Source of the DNA: Camelus ferus | Lineage: Eukaryota | Length of the DNA stretch: 64,000 bases | Direction: 5' to 3' | Assembly (NCBI RefSeq): GCF_009834535.1 | Contig: NC_045696.1 | Span: forward strand, 69,814,001 to 69,878,000 | Shown: one piece after another, positions 13,795-28,229 of the stretch | Layout: each line of letters begins with the position of its first letter | Position numbering within the stretch: position 1 is the stretch's first letter | Translations under genes and position numbers: made by a program | Notes under the pieces: generated by a model | Told to the model about the DNA's origin: nothing | What the model saw: the letters and a program-made list of their open reading frames with translations, nothing else | Database searches by the model: none

Positions 13795-14270
13795 TCTACT
13801 CATTCATTTAGTCACTCGCCAAACATTTACTGAGCATTTACTATCTGCTGAGCTCTGAGCCAGGCCATGGCACAGAATGGTGAACAGAACAGGCCATGTC
13901 CCTGCCCTCATGGAGCTCAGTCCAGGGAAACAGAAGCAATGGGCCAGAAATTTCAGAGAAGCTAGATGAATGAATTAATGAAGGATGTTTGGGGTGCGGT
14001 GTTCTTCTCCACACAGGCTTTCTGAAGGAAGCCACCTTGCTGAGACCTGAAGAATGAGGAGTTAGCATGGTGAAAGACTGCAGGAAAGGTGTCCCAGGCA
14101 GATGTCAAGAGAGGGACATGACAGGAGGAGAAGTGTGGAGGTAAGAGGAGAAAGCTTAATACAGAGACTGCTAGTGGGCTGGAGAAATGAGTCTGGCCAA
14201 GTTGGTCCAGGTCACCAAGCCCTCATGGGTTTTGTGCTGGGGCAATGGCAGACCACTGAAGGGTCTACTT
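13795..14270 (-). mobile_element. L2 3' fragment
   Basis: cattcattt...aaacatttactgagcatttactat...ccctgccctcatggagctcagtccag. Confidence 0.7.
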
Positions 14271-14319
14271 TTTGTTAATTCCTTCAGTTTGATGTCTCCT
14301 GTTTCTCCTTTTCTTTCAG

Positions 14320-17020
14320 ATATTTGAATACTTTTTACCTATTGACCTTTTTTGCTATATTTTCTGCATTATTTATTAGTGTTTGTTCTATGGGTTACAA
14401 AAGGCATCCTTAAGTTTTCACAGTCTAATTTAGAGTTTATACTGTACCACTTTATATAAAAAATAGAATTGAAACCACATAGGTCCATTTGCTTATCCAT
14501 CCCCACCATACTTTATATAATACTTGTCATATGTATAACTTCTATATACATTCTAAATCCCACTAGAGATCGTTATGATTTTGTTTTGAACACTCTTATT
14601 TATTTTGAAGAAATTAAGAGCAAAAAATTGTCTTTTATTATTTATCTAGATATTTACCATTTTTAATGTTCTTCATACCTTCCCAAAGATGAGTTTCCAG
14701 CTTAGTATCATTTCCCTCCAGCCTAAAGAACTTTAGCATTTCTAGTAGTGTAGTCATGCTGGTAAGTATGTTAGCATTTTTAAATCTGGAAAAGTCAGGC
14801 TTTTATTTTCATTAAAGGCTATTTTTGCTGAATTATAATTCTGGGTTAAAAATTTTAGTATTTAATTGTTATTCATAATTATTATGAACAACTACACACC
14901 AACAAATTGGATAATCTAGAATAAATGGATAAATTCCTAGAAACACACAAGTTACCAAGACTGAAACATGAAGAAACAGAAAATCTGAACAGACCAATTA
15001 CTAGTAAAGAGACTGCTCAGTAATCAAAAACCTTTCAAGAAACAAAAATCCAGGACCAGATGACCTTACTGGTGAATTTTACCAAACATTTAAAGAATAA
15101 TTAATACCAATGCTTCTCAAACTATTCCAAAAAATATAAGAAGAAGGAAAAGTTCCAAATTCATTCTACAAGGCCAGCATTACCCTGATATTAAAACCAG
15201 ACATGACACTGTAGAAAACTAAGGAAAACTTTTCCATAGGAAATAGAAAACAGGCCAGTATTCCTGATGAACATAGATGCAAAAATCCTCAACAAAATAT
15301 TAGCAAACTGAATTCAACAATACACTGAAAGAATCATACACCATGATCAAGTGATACTTAAATCTGGGAAGCAAGGATGGTTCAACAATCACAAATCAAT
15401 CAGTGTGACGCACCACATTAACAAAATGAAGGATAAAAATAATATGATTATCTCAATAGATGCAGAAAAAACATTTGACAAAATTCAACACCTATTTATG
15501 ATAAAAACACAAAAAAGTGGGTAGAGAGGAAATATTTCTCAACATAATAAAGGCCATGTATGACAAGCCCACAGTAAACATATTCAATGATAAAAGACAG
15601 AGCTTTTCCTCTAAGATCACGACAAAGATGCCCACTCTCATCACCTATATTCAACATAGTATTTAGAGTCCTAGCCAGAGCAATTAGGCAATAAAAAGAA
15701 ATAAAAGGCATTCAAATCAGAAATGGAGAAGTAAACTGTCTCTATTTTCAGATGACATAATACTATATATAGAAAACTCTAAAGACTCCACCAAAAAAAC
15801 TGTTAGAATAAATGGATTCAACAAAGTTGCAGGATACAAAATAAATACAGAAAATAGAAAATATTTGCAGATTGTATATATTTTAGCAGTTTGACTGTGA
15901 TGTTTCTAAGCATGGTTTTCTTTATATTTACCGTTCCTAACTTTGTTCAATCTGTAAATGTATCTTTTAACAAATGTAGGAAATTTTTAGCTATTATTTC
16001 CAAAAATAACTTTGTTTACTCATTCTTTCCTCTGGTAACACATACATTGGTATTTTTATATTGTACCATAAGTCCTTGGAGCTCTTTTCTTTTTCTTGGA
16101 GCTCTTAATTATTTATTCTTCAATAGTTCTTCTTTGTTCTTCAATTGGATAATTTCAAGCTCACTGGGTTGTTCCTCTGTCATCCAAAATTTACTGTCAA
16201 ATCCACCCAGTGAATTTCTCATTTCAGACAATGTATGTCTCAGTTCTAGAATTTCCATTTAGCTCTTTTTTATAGTCCTTATCTTTTTACTGATTGTGAG
16301 CAAATTTTTCTTTACTTCTTTGAACATGATTACAATAGCTTTTAAAGCCTTATACACTTATTTCAACATCTGAATCTTCTCATCATTTATCTTTGTTGAC
16401 TGTCTTTTCCCTAGAGAACAGGTCTTCAAACTATGTCCTGGACCTTGTAAATGCTATGCTGTAGAGATTCTGGATTTTGATATATTTCTCTAAAGAGAGT
16501 GAGTGTGTGTGTGTTTTAACCAGCAACTAATTTCATTGGACTTAAACCTTAAACTCTGTCTCTTGGATGGTAGCTCAAATGTCAATTTAATTCTTTTATT
16601 CTTAGCTCAAGTCTGTCCAATGCATATGCATGTGGTTTAGAGGTCAACCAGATATTTGAAGAGTGTATACACAGAATTAAGAGCACTCCCTCTGTGACAT
16701 TCTCCTTCCTGAGATTCCACTCTCTGCTCTCCTGCACCTAAGGTTTTCCTGAACTTTATCCTGTGGTGCTTTAGACCAGAAAGACAGTAAATGTTCTCTC
16801 TGTTTTAGTTACCCTATGCTGTGGCTTCTCTTCAGGCAAAAAACTTTGAAAATGGATAACTTATCCTGATTTTCCTTTTTTTCCTGAGTGTTGATTCCTC
16901 TCCAAAATCTTTGTGCTTTTGATTACTCTACAACATCTTCAGGTTTTGTGCTTTTGTATTTTGTCCAGTTTATAGTAATCTGTGGGAAGACTGAGTCTGC
17001 TAGGAGCTACTCAGCAAAAC
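14320..17020 (-). mobile_element. Old L1M fragment(s), interrupted by a + strand L1 ORF2 piece
   Basis: T-rich reverse L1M motifs (tagcatttctagtagtgtag; atccacccagtgaatttctcatttcag; ctcagttctagaatttccattt). Confidence 0.6.
14880..15860 (+). mobile_element. LINE-1 ORF2 fragment covering part of the RT domain, disrupted
   Basis: Reads [42 protein letters not shown]..., [40 protein letters not shown]. Confidence 0.92.
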
Positions 17021-18134
17021 ACTTATGGTCTATTCTTAAAACACTTACGGTTTTGAATCAAATGCTTAGGGCAATTTCAGGACTGGGACTTATGAAAAAA
17101 GGTATACAATTTTCATGTTTCATAGTTTTCTTCCTCATAAATATTTCTTATTAATTAATGACTACATAGAGAATCTCATTTAAATTTGTTTATTTCTCAT
17201 TTCATTGCTTTGGTTGAAATAAGTTTCTTTTATCTGTTTTATTTTCTTTGACTTTAATCTCCTATAATTAATTTACTTTCTGGAAGTTTCATTTAGCATA
17301 TATTTGCTTTGTATATAGATTAATATTAAAAAAAAAGAATGTTAATTTATTAAAATTGTGGCAGACAGAGCATGGGAGAAGATGTTTCTATCTGAATTCT
17401 CATCCTAAATAAGCAGATGCCCTAGGATGCTGGGCCATAAAAATAATATTCTATACCTATTAAAAACTAAATTATAGAAGAATATTAAGTGATTTGGAAA
17501 ATAGTTCATGAAAAACTGCAAAATACAGTTGATTGAAAGAAGTATGATCTTATTTTTATTTTAAAAAATCGGGTATAAATGTGGGATCAGTGGTTAGACT
17601 CCAACAGTGCAGTTCACAGACTGAGTCATAGTTCTACAAAGCTCACCCTAGGTGCCCACAGTGATTTGGTACCAGAGTCTTCCAGCTCCAACCTCAAAGG
17701 TTGTTGAGTGTAGAACCTTCTATGCTTTACATCCATACCCTTTCTGTGGCCTCATGATGGGCAGAATGTATTTCCATGTCCCAAAAGAAAAGAACTTTCT
17801 TTTGAACTCTGGAGACCAGTGTATTTCTTTTCTTTTCCTACTTGTTCATCCCTGCTCTGGCCTGCCCACTTCAACTGTTTTTCCCAACCCAGGACTTGAA
17901 AGATTTTGGATTTGTGTTCCTTTCTTTCTGAGAATTCCATGCATTTTATGTGAATTTCTCCCTCCTCACTGAAGACTAGCTCTCATTATCATGTAATGAG
18001 GCAGCATGCATTAAATAAAAGGCCAGATGGTGAGAACCTGTAGACCATACAACATTTGCATAACTAAATTTGGACTTCCATTCATAAGAAGAGATTCAGT
18101 TTTGATATTTAATACAAACATCTTTATGCTTCAT

Positions 18135-18500
18135 ATCAGCCATAATAATTCTATGTAAGATATAACAATCCACACCCAACGACCTAAAACCATAGTCATT
18201 TATTTTTCACTATGTATCTTTAGATTGGCTGAAATTTAAGCTTTAAGCAGCAGGTTGGGACTGTGTTTGCTCCACTATTTCTCATTCCCCTTGGACCAGG
18301 CCCAACTGTAGTAGCCCATTTTAAGCCGTCTCTTTCATTATTTTTACCCTCAACCCATTGGTTGAGCAACATCACATGTCTAAGCCCCAAACTGAGGTGT
18401 ATGGGATACATTCCATCCATCATAAGGCCACAGCAAGGGTGTGAATGTAAAATACTACAGGGCAGTGGATAATTGGGACCAATAATTCAATCTGCCACAT
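18135..18500 (-). mobile_element. MaLR (MLT1-like) LTR, degraded
   Basis: atcagccataataattctatgtaa...acccattggttgagcaacatcacatgtctaagccc...aataattcaatctgccaca. Confidence 0.55.
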
Positions 18501-21500
18501 TTAGGGTACTATATTTCTATTTCTTTTATACATGGTTTTTCAATTTAATTAACAGTCAGCAGTTATTAGAGCAGACTTTATAGTCAAGTAGATTTGGGTT
18601 TGAATCTTTACTCTAGCACTTTGCTGGCTATGAGAACCAGAGAAAATTATCTTACCTCTCTGAATGATGGTTCCCCATAAATCATCCAGAATTCCATCGC
18701 CCAGATTTAAATCCTGTCAATATTTTGGTGTGTTTATTTTCCCCAAGCATATATTAATTTCCCCTACAAATTTAGAGTAATACAATTTTTTAAAAAAATC
18801 TAACTTCAAATTAGCATTTTGCCAGATTGTAGAAATTATTTTGAAAGAACAGTTTTTTTCTGCTCCCCTCCTCAATTCTTGTCAGGGTTCAGTCCCTGGT
18901 GGCGGTGCAGGAAGTTGTGTCTCAGGCCATACTCATGTCAGAATCACATGGAAACCTTGGTAAAAATATGGATTCTGAAGGCCCCCAGGCATCCAAAGAC
19001 TTAACTCCTGGAGCTAGGCTTCTGGGGTAAGAACCTTCCCCATCAGGATGGGCTGATTTTCACAGTCACTGGAGGGAGTTAAATTCCCAATGGAACCCAA
19101 ACCACTCTAGCTTTCCATCCTGGAAGTCATGGACACTCAGAATGATGATACAAATGTTTTAAACTGACGGCCAGTTCAAGGAAAAGCATAATTTTTAATT
19201 GCTGCAGAATTTTTATCATATGGATATCACAATTTATTTTCCTTTTGCTGGGCATTCAGGTTGTTTTCGATTTTTCACTATCTCAAATAAATAATGTTGC
19301 AATAAACATGCACACATCTTTGACCACATTTCTGATTATTTGCAGTGGAAAGATCCCTAGAAGCGTGATCTTTGAAATAAAGGGTATAAACATTCCGGAG
19401 GTTCTTGACAAGTACTACACTACCAAATTACTTGACAGAAAGGTTATACCAATTTATTCTCACACTAGCATAATCTTTAGAAGGTGCTGATGCTTTTAGA
19501 TTAAACTCCAAAGTGATTGTTTTCACTTAGGGTGAGAATGTGAAACTGTCATAGACTAAAACAAATGTGGAACACTTAGATATAAACTTCTTTTAAAAAC
19601 TGAAGTTGGAAGAAGCAGTAACATTTTTGGATATGAAAGATGATCTAATTTTCATTAAATATGCTAAAAATTGACGTCCCATAGAATAGTGCTTATAGAA
19701 AGCAAACTGCAAGCCTAAGGAAGGCTTGCAAGTAATCTTCAGAGATTTCCAGGTAAAGAAAAATCTGAATGACAAATGGCAGAGGAATAGGAAATAAACC
19801 AGAATCTCTGCCAACTGACTTCTAAGAAAGAGAGGAAAAGAAACAGGATGACAAAATGAGTTCAAGCTAGAAAACAACATAAGAACAATACAGAGGGGTT
19901 TAAAAAACACATTGAAGGGAAAAATATGGGGAAATGCCTGTTTTAATCAAAACACTGGAGACACACCAGAGGTGATCCTATGAGACTTTGAAATCACCCC
20001 TTAAGCTGACCCCTTAAAAGTGGAGGATGAAAGCACTGAAGATGAAGCTGGGAGTGGTGCTCAGAGGGCATCCTGCAGACTCCGCATCATCAGGGTAACC
20101 CAAATGTCAGCTGGGTTCTGCTGACCCGTCATCTCTAGACCAGATGGGCTTGAGCCCCACTGTACCCAGCCAAGGTCCACAGCTCTATCAAGGTTTCTGC
20201 TCATTCATTCGGAGGGCCTCTCTGCCTCCCAGGTCCAGCTTTTCTGAGACCATCTGTGTCCCCAGCATGTCCACATGGTTTCTTACTCCTCTTTCAACAA
20301 CTCCCCCACTCACATGGAACATTAATATGTTCAAGTTCATTAAGATGTGGAGGTCTGGGGGCAGGGTCACGTTGCCCATTATGCCATAAAGCACTTAAAA
20401 TTGCATTTTAGGCTTTCTGGTTCATAAATGTCCTTTAGATCATTCCCTACTGGCGGTTTCTCCCTGGCTTTTTCCCTAGGCAGGGCCCTTACTCCAACAG
20501 TCTCCTAGCCCTTCTCTCTCCTCTTCTCACTCCTTCACCCTGAAAGGAGCACCTTCTCCCCAACCCAACCCCCAAGAAAAATTAATTTCCTGCTTCTGCA
20601 AGTGCAGCCTTTTGGTTCTTTTTGGTTGCCTGAGCCCTAGCCAGCCCTTATGCCCTAGGGCTTATCATGGTATTTCCTGAAACAAAGACAGCTACTTTCT
20701 CAAGAAGAATTCTGCTAATAGATCTTACTACTGAAAGACTCCCTTAAAAGATGATTAGATCCAGCCTTCTGCCTTCAGCAGGTGATTGAGACCCTGAGAT
20801 TAAACGAATTGCCCCAAACACATTAGAGTGAAAAAGTGGTGAGGACTAGACCCCAGGTTTTCTATTTCTAAAGCTGTGCCTTTTCTACTTCAAATTTATG
20901 TTTACCACATGATGGTGGCTATTCTTTTGTTTCTGATATGAGTTAATAACTTACTTCAGAAAGCCTGCTTTGGTCTCTTATCAAAAGCAGCATCTTTGTC
21001 ACCATTCTTTGTGACTTTTGCTTTTGGCAGCAGTTTTTAGGAGTAGGTGAATTGGACAATTCAAAATTCTTTACTGCTGTATTCAGAAGGTCAGATAATT
21101 GTTAAAGTGAATAGTATCATTACCTTGTAGATACAGTAACTACCCCCTCTACTTCACTGCCTTCCCTTTTCTCAGAAAAGACAGAGCAGATGAAAAGCTT
21201 AAATAGAGCTGGGCATAACGCTAGTTTTAAAATTGAATATTTCCCACTGAATTCCATTATTAATTTGATGATATCTTACCACAGAAAAAAAAACTTTTGC
21301 TTGTAAGATAAATAATATTTAAGACAGCAATAAGACTTTATAAACCGGTCTTTTAAAAAATAATTCAAAGTAAGCCACAAAGTAGTTACTTTACTGAACC
21401 AAAACCAAACTGCTGTTTTATGAAGCTGCCCAAAATCTCCCTCTTCAAGCTGGAGCACAGTGAAAGGATGCTGTCTGGTGCCCTGCCTGTTACATTCAGT

Positions 21501-23409
21501 CTCTGAGTCTAGCATGAGCCCAGGATAAATTCCCTTGGAGAGTGTGGCAGCATTAAGCTATTTGTTTCATGGACCTGGTGAAGGCTGCTAATAGCTCTGT
21601 TAGTTGTTCTTTTTAAAATAGCAACAAACATAAAAAATTGCTTATAAGCAGCTGCATGTGTGTTATTTAAAATTGTCCATCTGAACAATGGCAAACTTCT
21701 GACAAAAACAACAATTTTTGTTTTGGCGTGGTACTTACTTAGCTGTTCTTTTTAACAGTAATTAGCTAATCAGATCAGCTGCTTCTGAAGACCACTTCTG
21801 GTGTGATTGCTAAAAATGTTCACATATAGGAGGGTGATTTAAAAAAATAGTTATCCAGGAGGATGTATATTCAATTCGTTTAAATCTGGGAAAAAATTAC
21901 ATAGGTAAATGAAAAAAAATAGAGGTAACTGGGATATAAAAATAGATCCCTCCCATTAAAATCAGAATTTAATCTACCCATTCTAATATTAATGGTCACT
22001 GGTTTTCAAGATTTAGAAGAAAAAAATCTCAAAACCTAATTACCAGATGTGGTACTGATCTTAAAACAAATTAGAGTCAAATGGCATCTTTTTAAATATG
22101 TTGGTGACTACAGCAATTTTATAAAAGCATATAACTTTTCTGAGGATTATTCAGTTTTCAGCCATGCCTCCTCCTTCCTCTTCTCAGGAACACTGTAAGA
22201 ACCAGAGGTAATTTATCTGGCCTGGAACAAAGACTCACCAATTTTACTGTACCTTGTACCAGGCAGTTCTTTATTGTGCCTTTTCCATCAACATTACCAG
22301 AAAATGCCAACAATGCTAGACTTCTCGAAATTCTGCTTAGGTTTATTTTAAAGTCATGTGATAATTCTAATACTTTGTTTGGGCAAAATTACTAAGTAAC
22401 AACTCTGGTTTGGGGACAACAGGTCTCTTTCTCCTTTTGACACTTTCCCCTATCTCTACCTTCCCCTTTCTTTTTTGTTTGCTTGGTAGAAAAAAAAAGT
22501 TAAAATTAAATCTATATTAATATTAATATTAATCTTTCTCTGGAGCTGGCACAGATGTTTCAGAAGCACACAGGCAGATTCTGTGTCCAGTGAAGGGGGC
22601 CTAACAGAACTGAGTAACCTCAACCAACCCCATTTCTATAAATGACTTGCTGATTTGGTCTTACTCAAGTACTTGACCTTTCTAGGTCTAATGGCCATCC
22701 TTTGCCTGGGATCTCAGATAGTCTCATTTCACTCTGCTGGGACCAGATGACAGTAAGAATCAGATTTAGTTCTGGGCATCACAAAATTGCATATGCTAAG
22801 GTAGGTGATCAGAGAGGTGAAGAATAGACCTTGGTTCATGGTTGGGGGAGGCTGTTGAGTGAGCAGCTCTAAAGAACTGGGAGGTATGCTAGTTGGTAAC
22901 ACTGAAGGGCAGGGGAGGAGACTGTTCTGTGTAGTTCCACAAAGCATTACAACAAAGAACGGCACCTTGCAGTGCCTCCTGGAGCCTCAGATTCTTCATT
23001 CATAAAATAAGCTAGTGTGCTTGAAGATCTTGAAGATTTCTTTTAGCTCTATGTGATTTTCAGTCTCTAGTAGGAAAAGTGATTTCAGCTCAATTCAAGG
23101 AAAAGTTGTCTTCTAAACAACCAATCTTCTAATAACAGGCAACTTCAGAAGGTGATGAGCTCTCTGTTTGTGTGGGCAGAATTGGGGTGATCACCTGTCA
23201 GGAAGCCTGTGGCAGATCCTCCTGCATTTGCTGGGAAGATGGACCAGATTATGATTAAGATCCTTTCCAACTGTGTCCAGAAACATTTGTTTCAAGCAGT
23301 TGCCAGAAGAGCAACTCCCCTTGGAGTGACGCTAAAGGGCTCAAAGTCAAGAACCTAGTGGGAGGAGGGAAAGCCAATCTTCAGTAGGAATAGTGACATC
23401 CTTACCTGC

Positions 23410-23620
23410 CATCTACTGAGTGACAGGCCTCATACCAGGTACTTGACATATACCATCTTTAACTCTTACAGCAATTCCATGAGGTAGGTATTATTCTCTT
23501 TTTGCAAAATGGAATTGAGGCTCAGAAAGGCTAAGTAACCTTATTAAGGTCGCACAGCTAGTAAGTGAAAGTTAAGAAATTCAATTCCAGGTCTACTGAC
23601 TTCAATACAGCACTTCCCAC
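23410..23620 (-). mobile_element. MIR SINE
   Basis: ccatgaggtaggtattatt...gaggctcagaaaggctaagtaacctt...aaggtcgcacagctagtaagtg. Confidence 0.8.
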
Positions 23621-24099
23621 AATGCTTTCCTGTCTCAAGGAGTAGGGCGCAATGGGAAAGGAAGAGAACACAGAGAAGGGGTAGAGCATCAAGGAAGCCA
23701 AATACAGTGTAAATTAGAAACCATGAACTAGACTAAACTTCTATAGCCTGTGGGCAGGAAGGGGATGTTTACTTGCAGGCTGAGTTTGAGAGGCCACTTG
23801 ATTGAGAGGACATTTGATTGTAAAACAAGAGGCTCATGGTGTTTCTGCTGACATGACTGTTTTGAACTGAATGTTTATGTCCCCCTCTAGAGAATCTACC
23901 AGGAGTCTCTCACTAGGGGTACGCTTGATCTCTCTTCAGGTATTTACCACTTTTCAACCTTTATCGTAATTATTTGGTTCATGTTCCCTTTGACCGTAGA
24001 TTCACTGGCTAAGTTTTTTTTTTTTTTTATTGTCTTATATGCTGTACCTTCACATACTCAAATGTATTACAGTACCACCTGGGTATCTTCCATGTGCCT

Positions 24100-24560
24100 C
24101 CAAAGCCACTCTTCACCCTTCCCTTCTATACTGTGTCCTGGAGGCTGCTCGTTACAAATGGCACTAATGGGCTCCTTTGCCCTCTGTCTTCTGCTTTGAT
24201 TCAGCCATTAGAGGGCACTGGGAAGACTGGGAGAAAAATAGGAATGATTTTTATTCCTGCTGTCATGCTCTCAACCTCCTGAGCTGCAGTGAGCAGTGAC
24301 TGTGTTCAACCCAAGTCCAAGGTTTCTATCGGGCAGTCCTCTCCTGTAGCTCTCTTAGTTCCATTAGTGTTCGTCCCACCCATCACTCTTTAGGGCAAAT
24401 GGGGAAAATGGCTCCCTGTTGCTGCTAGTGGCAGCGTGCTTCACCAGGCCCTGTTTATGTCTTTTAACCTCATTCACACCTCTAAACAGTACTTCTCCTT
24501 GATTCTCAGTTATTCTGAATGAGTGTCCTGTGTTTCCTACTAGGACTCTTACTAATAAAT
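24100..24560 (+). mobile_element. ERVL LTR (LTR33-like)
   Basis: Ends gagtgtcctgtgtttcctactaggactcttactaataaa, resembling the LTR33 3' end. Confidence 0.5.
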
Positions 24561-24794
24561 GCACTAAAAGCCTCATTAAAAAAACCAAAATATCCTTTCA
24601 CTCTTGTAACTTTCGCTTGGCATTTATCTATGTATTTCTAATTAATTTGCTTATATCATTCCTTGACTTACCAATTTTATCTATTATGTATTGACTTCCC
24701 ATTAAGGTCAATGACATTTAGCTCTTCCACATTTCCTCTTTCCAGCATAGTTAGAATCCAGTGTTTTTTATTAAATGAGATTGGTGAGCTTTTG

Positions 24795-27700
24795 TTCTTA
24801 GATAGGATGATTCAACATCACAAAGATGTCTGTTATCCTTAATTTATAACATAATGTAATCTCAAAATAACAACTTTTTATGGAGGTTGAAAAGCTGGTA
24901 TCAAACTTCATATGGAAAAACAAATAAGAACAGACAAGAAAATACTTTTTAAAAATCCTTAAAGAAAATAAAAAAGAAAAACAGCTACAAGAGGAACTAG
25001 ACATACCAGACATTGAAACATACATTGAAGCCTTTATAATTAAACAGTGGGGTATGAACACATGAATAGATAGACCAGTAGAAAAGAAAGTCCAGAAATA
25101 GAACCAAGTATATATGAAACTTTAGTGTGTGATAAAGGTGGCATCTCAAAATATCTGGGCTGAAGTATTTTTAAAATAAATACTACTAAACAACTAGTTA
25201 GCTATTTGGGGAAAGAAAGGTAAAATTAGATCCATACCTCATTCCATACAGAAGAATAAATTTCAAATGGATCAGGGACTTAAATAAAAAAATGAAGCCA
25301 CACAAGTCCTATTTTAAAAAATGAGTGAATTCCTATTTAACCTGGGTGTAGAGAAAAGCTTTTATTGTAACTCAAAGTCAAATGGAATGAAAGAAAACAT
25401 TGATAAACTTGACTGCATAAAAATTTGCATGGGAAAAAACACCATAAACAAAGTCAAAAGACAATTAAAACCTGGGAGAAAATATTTACAACATATCACA
25501 GATAAAGGGCTTATAATAAAAACTGAGGCAAAAAATAGATCAAAACACAAAGAAGAATGGACAAAAAAATGATCAGAAAATGTTCCTAAAAAAGGAAATA
25601 AAGATGATCCTTAAACATATGAAGTTCCTTTGCATTCATAATTAGAGAAATAGATTAAAACTACACTGATATACCATTTCTCACCAATTAGATTGGCAAA
25701 AATTAAAAATATAATCACCTTGTTGGCAGGCTGTATACATTGTACTCTTGTACACTGCTGGTGGGATTGCAAATTGGTATAACCTTTTTGGAAGAGAATT
25801 TCAAAATACGTATTTAAAACTCACATGTGTGTGCACATATAGTCTTTTGACCTAGCAAGCCCACTCCTAAGAATTTACCCTGAAGATAAACCTCCAACAA
25901 TACAAAAATACACACATAAAGGCTATCCATGACATCACTGTTTATAAAATTAAAAAATATTGGAAACCACTGACACACATATATATGAGACACATGTGTA
26001 CTATAGAATTGTTAAAAGAAGAAATGAGAAAGATCTCTGTGAACTAATATGATTTGTAGGATATACTGTTGAGTGAAGATATCAAAGTACAAAGGAGTAT
26101 CTGCAGTTATGCTATTTTTATTGTAAGAAAAAGGAATAATAAGAAAAAAAAATACTTGTATATGTTCATTTGTGTAAAAAGAAACACAGGAATGATAAAC
26201 TAGAGACTAAAGAGATTGGTTATCCTCAGGATCAGATAGAATAGAAGTAAGGGGGAGGGATGGAAATCATCTGACTATAACTTCTGTATTTTGGAACCAT
26301 GTTAATGTTTTGCATACTGAACAACAACAAAAAGAGAAGAATAAAATCAAAGATGGAGGGAAACACTAAAATGTAAAAAAAACCAAACCAGCCAAATTTC
26401 AAATGAATAAAATAACCAATACTGAAGAGGGAAATAAAACTCAAGTAACTTTTGAACATTGTATCTGGACTGCATACTCTCAGGCTAAACCCAAAAGAAC
26501 TCTAAACTAATATTAGATAATAGTTAGGAGCCTAGTTAAATCTTTTTTCTCATAAATGTGGGTTAGCAATTCTGTGTATCCTAGGACTGATCAAATGAGT
26601 ATATATATTGTGGATAATGGGAACCAAGTCTTTCCACAGTTGAAGGAGAGCTACAAATATGAAGAGTGGGAAGGAGGAGAAAATTAATCCTGCAGTGTTT
26701 CACTGGAATCATAGGTATCACTGTAAACTTGTGATTTTTAATACACACAGTAATAGGTAAATATAGATCAGCATGTGTGTGTATTTACATACAAAATCTA
26801 TTTCCTAGCTCTTTTGTCTGTCTGGGTCTACATTCAACAATATTCCAGCAGCAGTGAGTATCTGGCATGCAGATCTTGGTTTCTAAATACTGTTCTCTGC
26901 TAACGGAGCACCAGGGCTCCTTGAATAAGTGGCTGATTATAGGACTGAGGCAGAGAAAGTGCAAACATAGAACAATGTCAGAAGCTTCCATGAACCAGCT
27001 TGAAGGGGCTCTTGCTGATCAAATTTGGGAAAGTCTGAGCATCAAAATACTTAATGACAGTAAAAGTTTATAATGCTTTGAATAAAATAAGAACGCATTA
27101 GTCTACACTGATATAACGTATATGAGTGGTGGGAGAGGGAGGAAAACTCTGCCTCACAGTAGAATGCCAATAAATATAAAAGGAATGATAAAATTAATAT
27201 TACCATTTGGCAACCATAATAATAATAACTAACCTAGTCAAGAGTCAACAACAGATACTAAAAATAGCAGTTGAAATTTTGAGTAACAGAGTATATACAT
27301 AGTTTCAAGGTATTGCCCCAAGAGATACTTAGTAACTTTATAACAGAGAAACCCAGGCACACACCACCTTCAGTAAATGAGCGAAGTTAGTATCACCAAA
27401 GTTAGTAATGGGAAAAATCAGCATCTTGTGCCTCCTGATACAATGCACAATATCACTTCTGCTGTATTTCTGCAAGAAAACCTATAACGTGAAACTAATC
27501 ATCAGGAAACATCAGAAAAACCCACCCTGAGGGGCACTCTATAAAATAAGTAGCCTGTTTTAACCAACAAAGTCAATGTCATGAAAAACAAAGAACGACT
27601 GACAACTGTCCAGATGAAAGGAGAATAAAGAGATAAAACAGCCAAATGCAGCAAATGTCTTGCTATAACAGATAATGACACAACTGGTGAAATGTGAATA

Positions 27701-27960
27701 AGGTTTGTAGAGAATAGTATTGTTTATTTCCAAGTTTTGATCATTACACTGGGGTTATATGAAGACTGTTCTTTTTTTTTTTTTTAAGTAGATATAAACT
27801 AAAGTAGGCACAAAGGGACATCCCATATGCAGTTTACTTTCAAATGGTTCTGAGACACAGAGAAAAGAATAAAACAAATATGGTAAAACGTTAATGTTTG
27901 GGGGATCTAGATAAATGCTATAGAGGACTACTTTGTACAATTCTTACAAACTTCTCTTAA
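24795..27960 (+). mobile_element. Old L1 (L1MC-like): ORF2 3' part and 3'UTR
   Basis: aagtccagaaatagaacca; tagatccatacctcattccata; degraded translation NTINKVKRQLKPGRKYLQHITDKGLI; gataccatttctcacc. Confidence 0.8.
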
Positions 27961-28229
27961 GTCCTCATTATATATATATTTGTTTATAAATAAATCTATA
28001 TATGTGCAAATATATGTACATATAAGTATGAATATGTATAAGCCAAAAAAGCCTTTTAGTTTAAAAAAAAAATGTAGATTGCTGGGTCCCAGCTTTGAAA
28101 TTTTTGGTTTGGGAATTCTAGTGGTGGGTTTGGGGAATCTATTTTTAAAGTTCTGGTGATTACCATGCTTAATCTGGTTTGAGAATCATTCTGGGCCAGA
28201 GTAACAAAAATTTTGTTACTGAAGGGTAG

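Noticed and set aside
19920..20400. Exon-like purine-rich stretch (…PLKVEDESTEDEAG…) as a possible pseudogene fragment
   Set aside because: In-frame stops, and no protein I can recognise. A BLASTX search would be needed.
22514..22533. Self-complementary (TATTAA)n run
   Set aside because: Short AT simple repeat with no supporting context.
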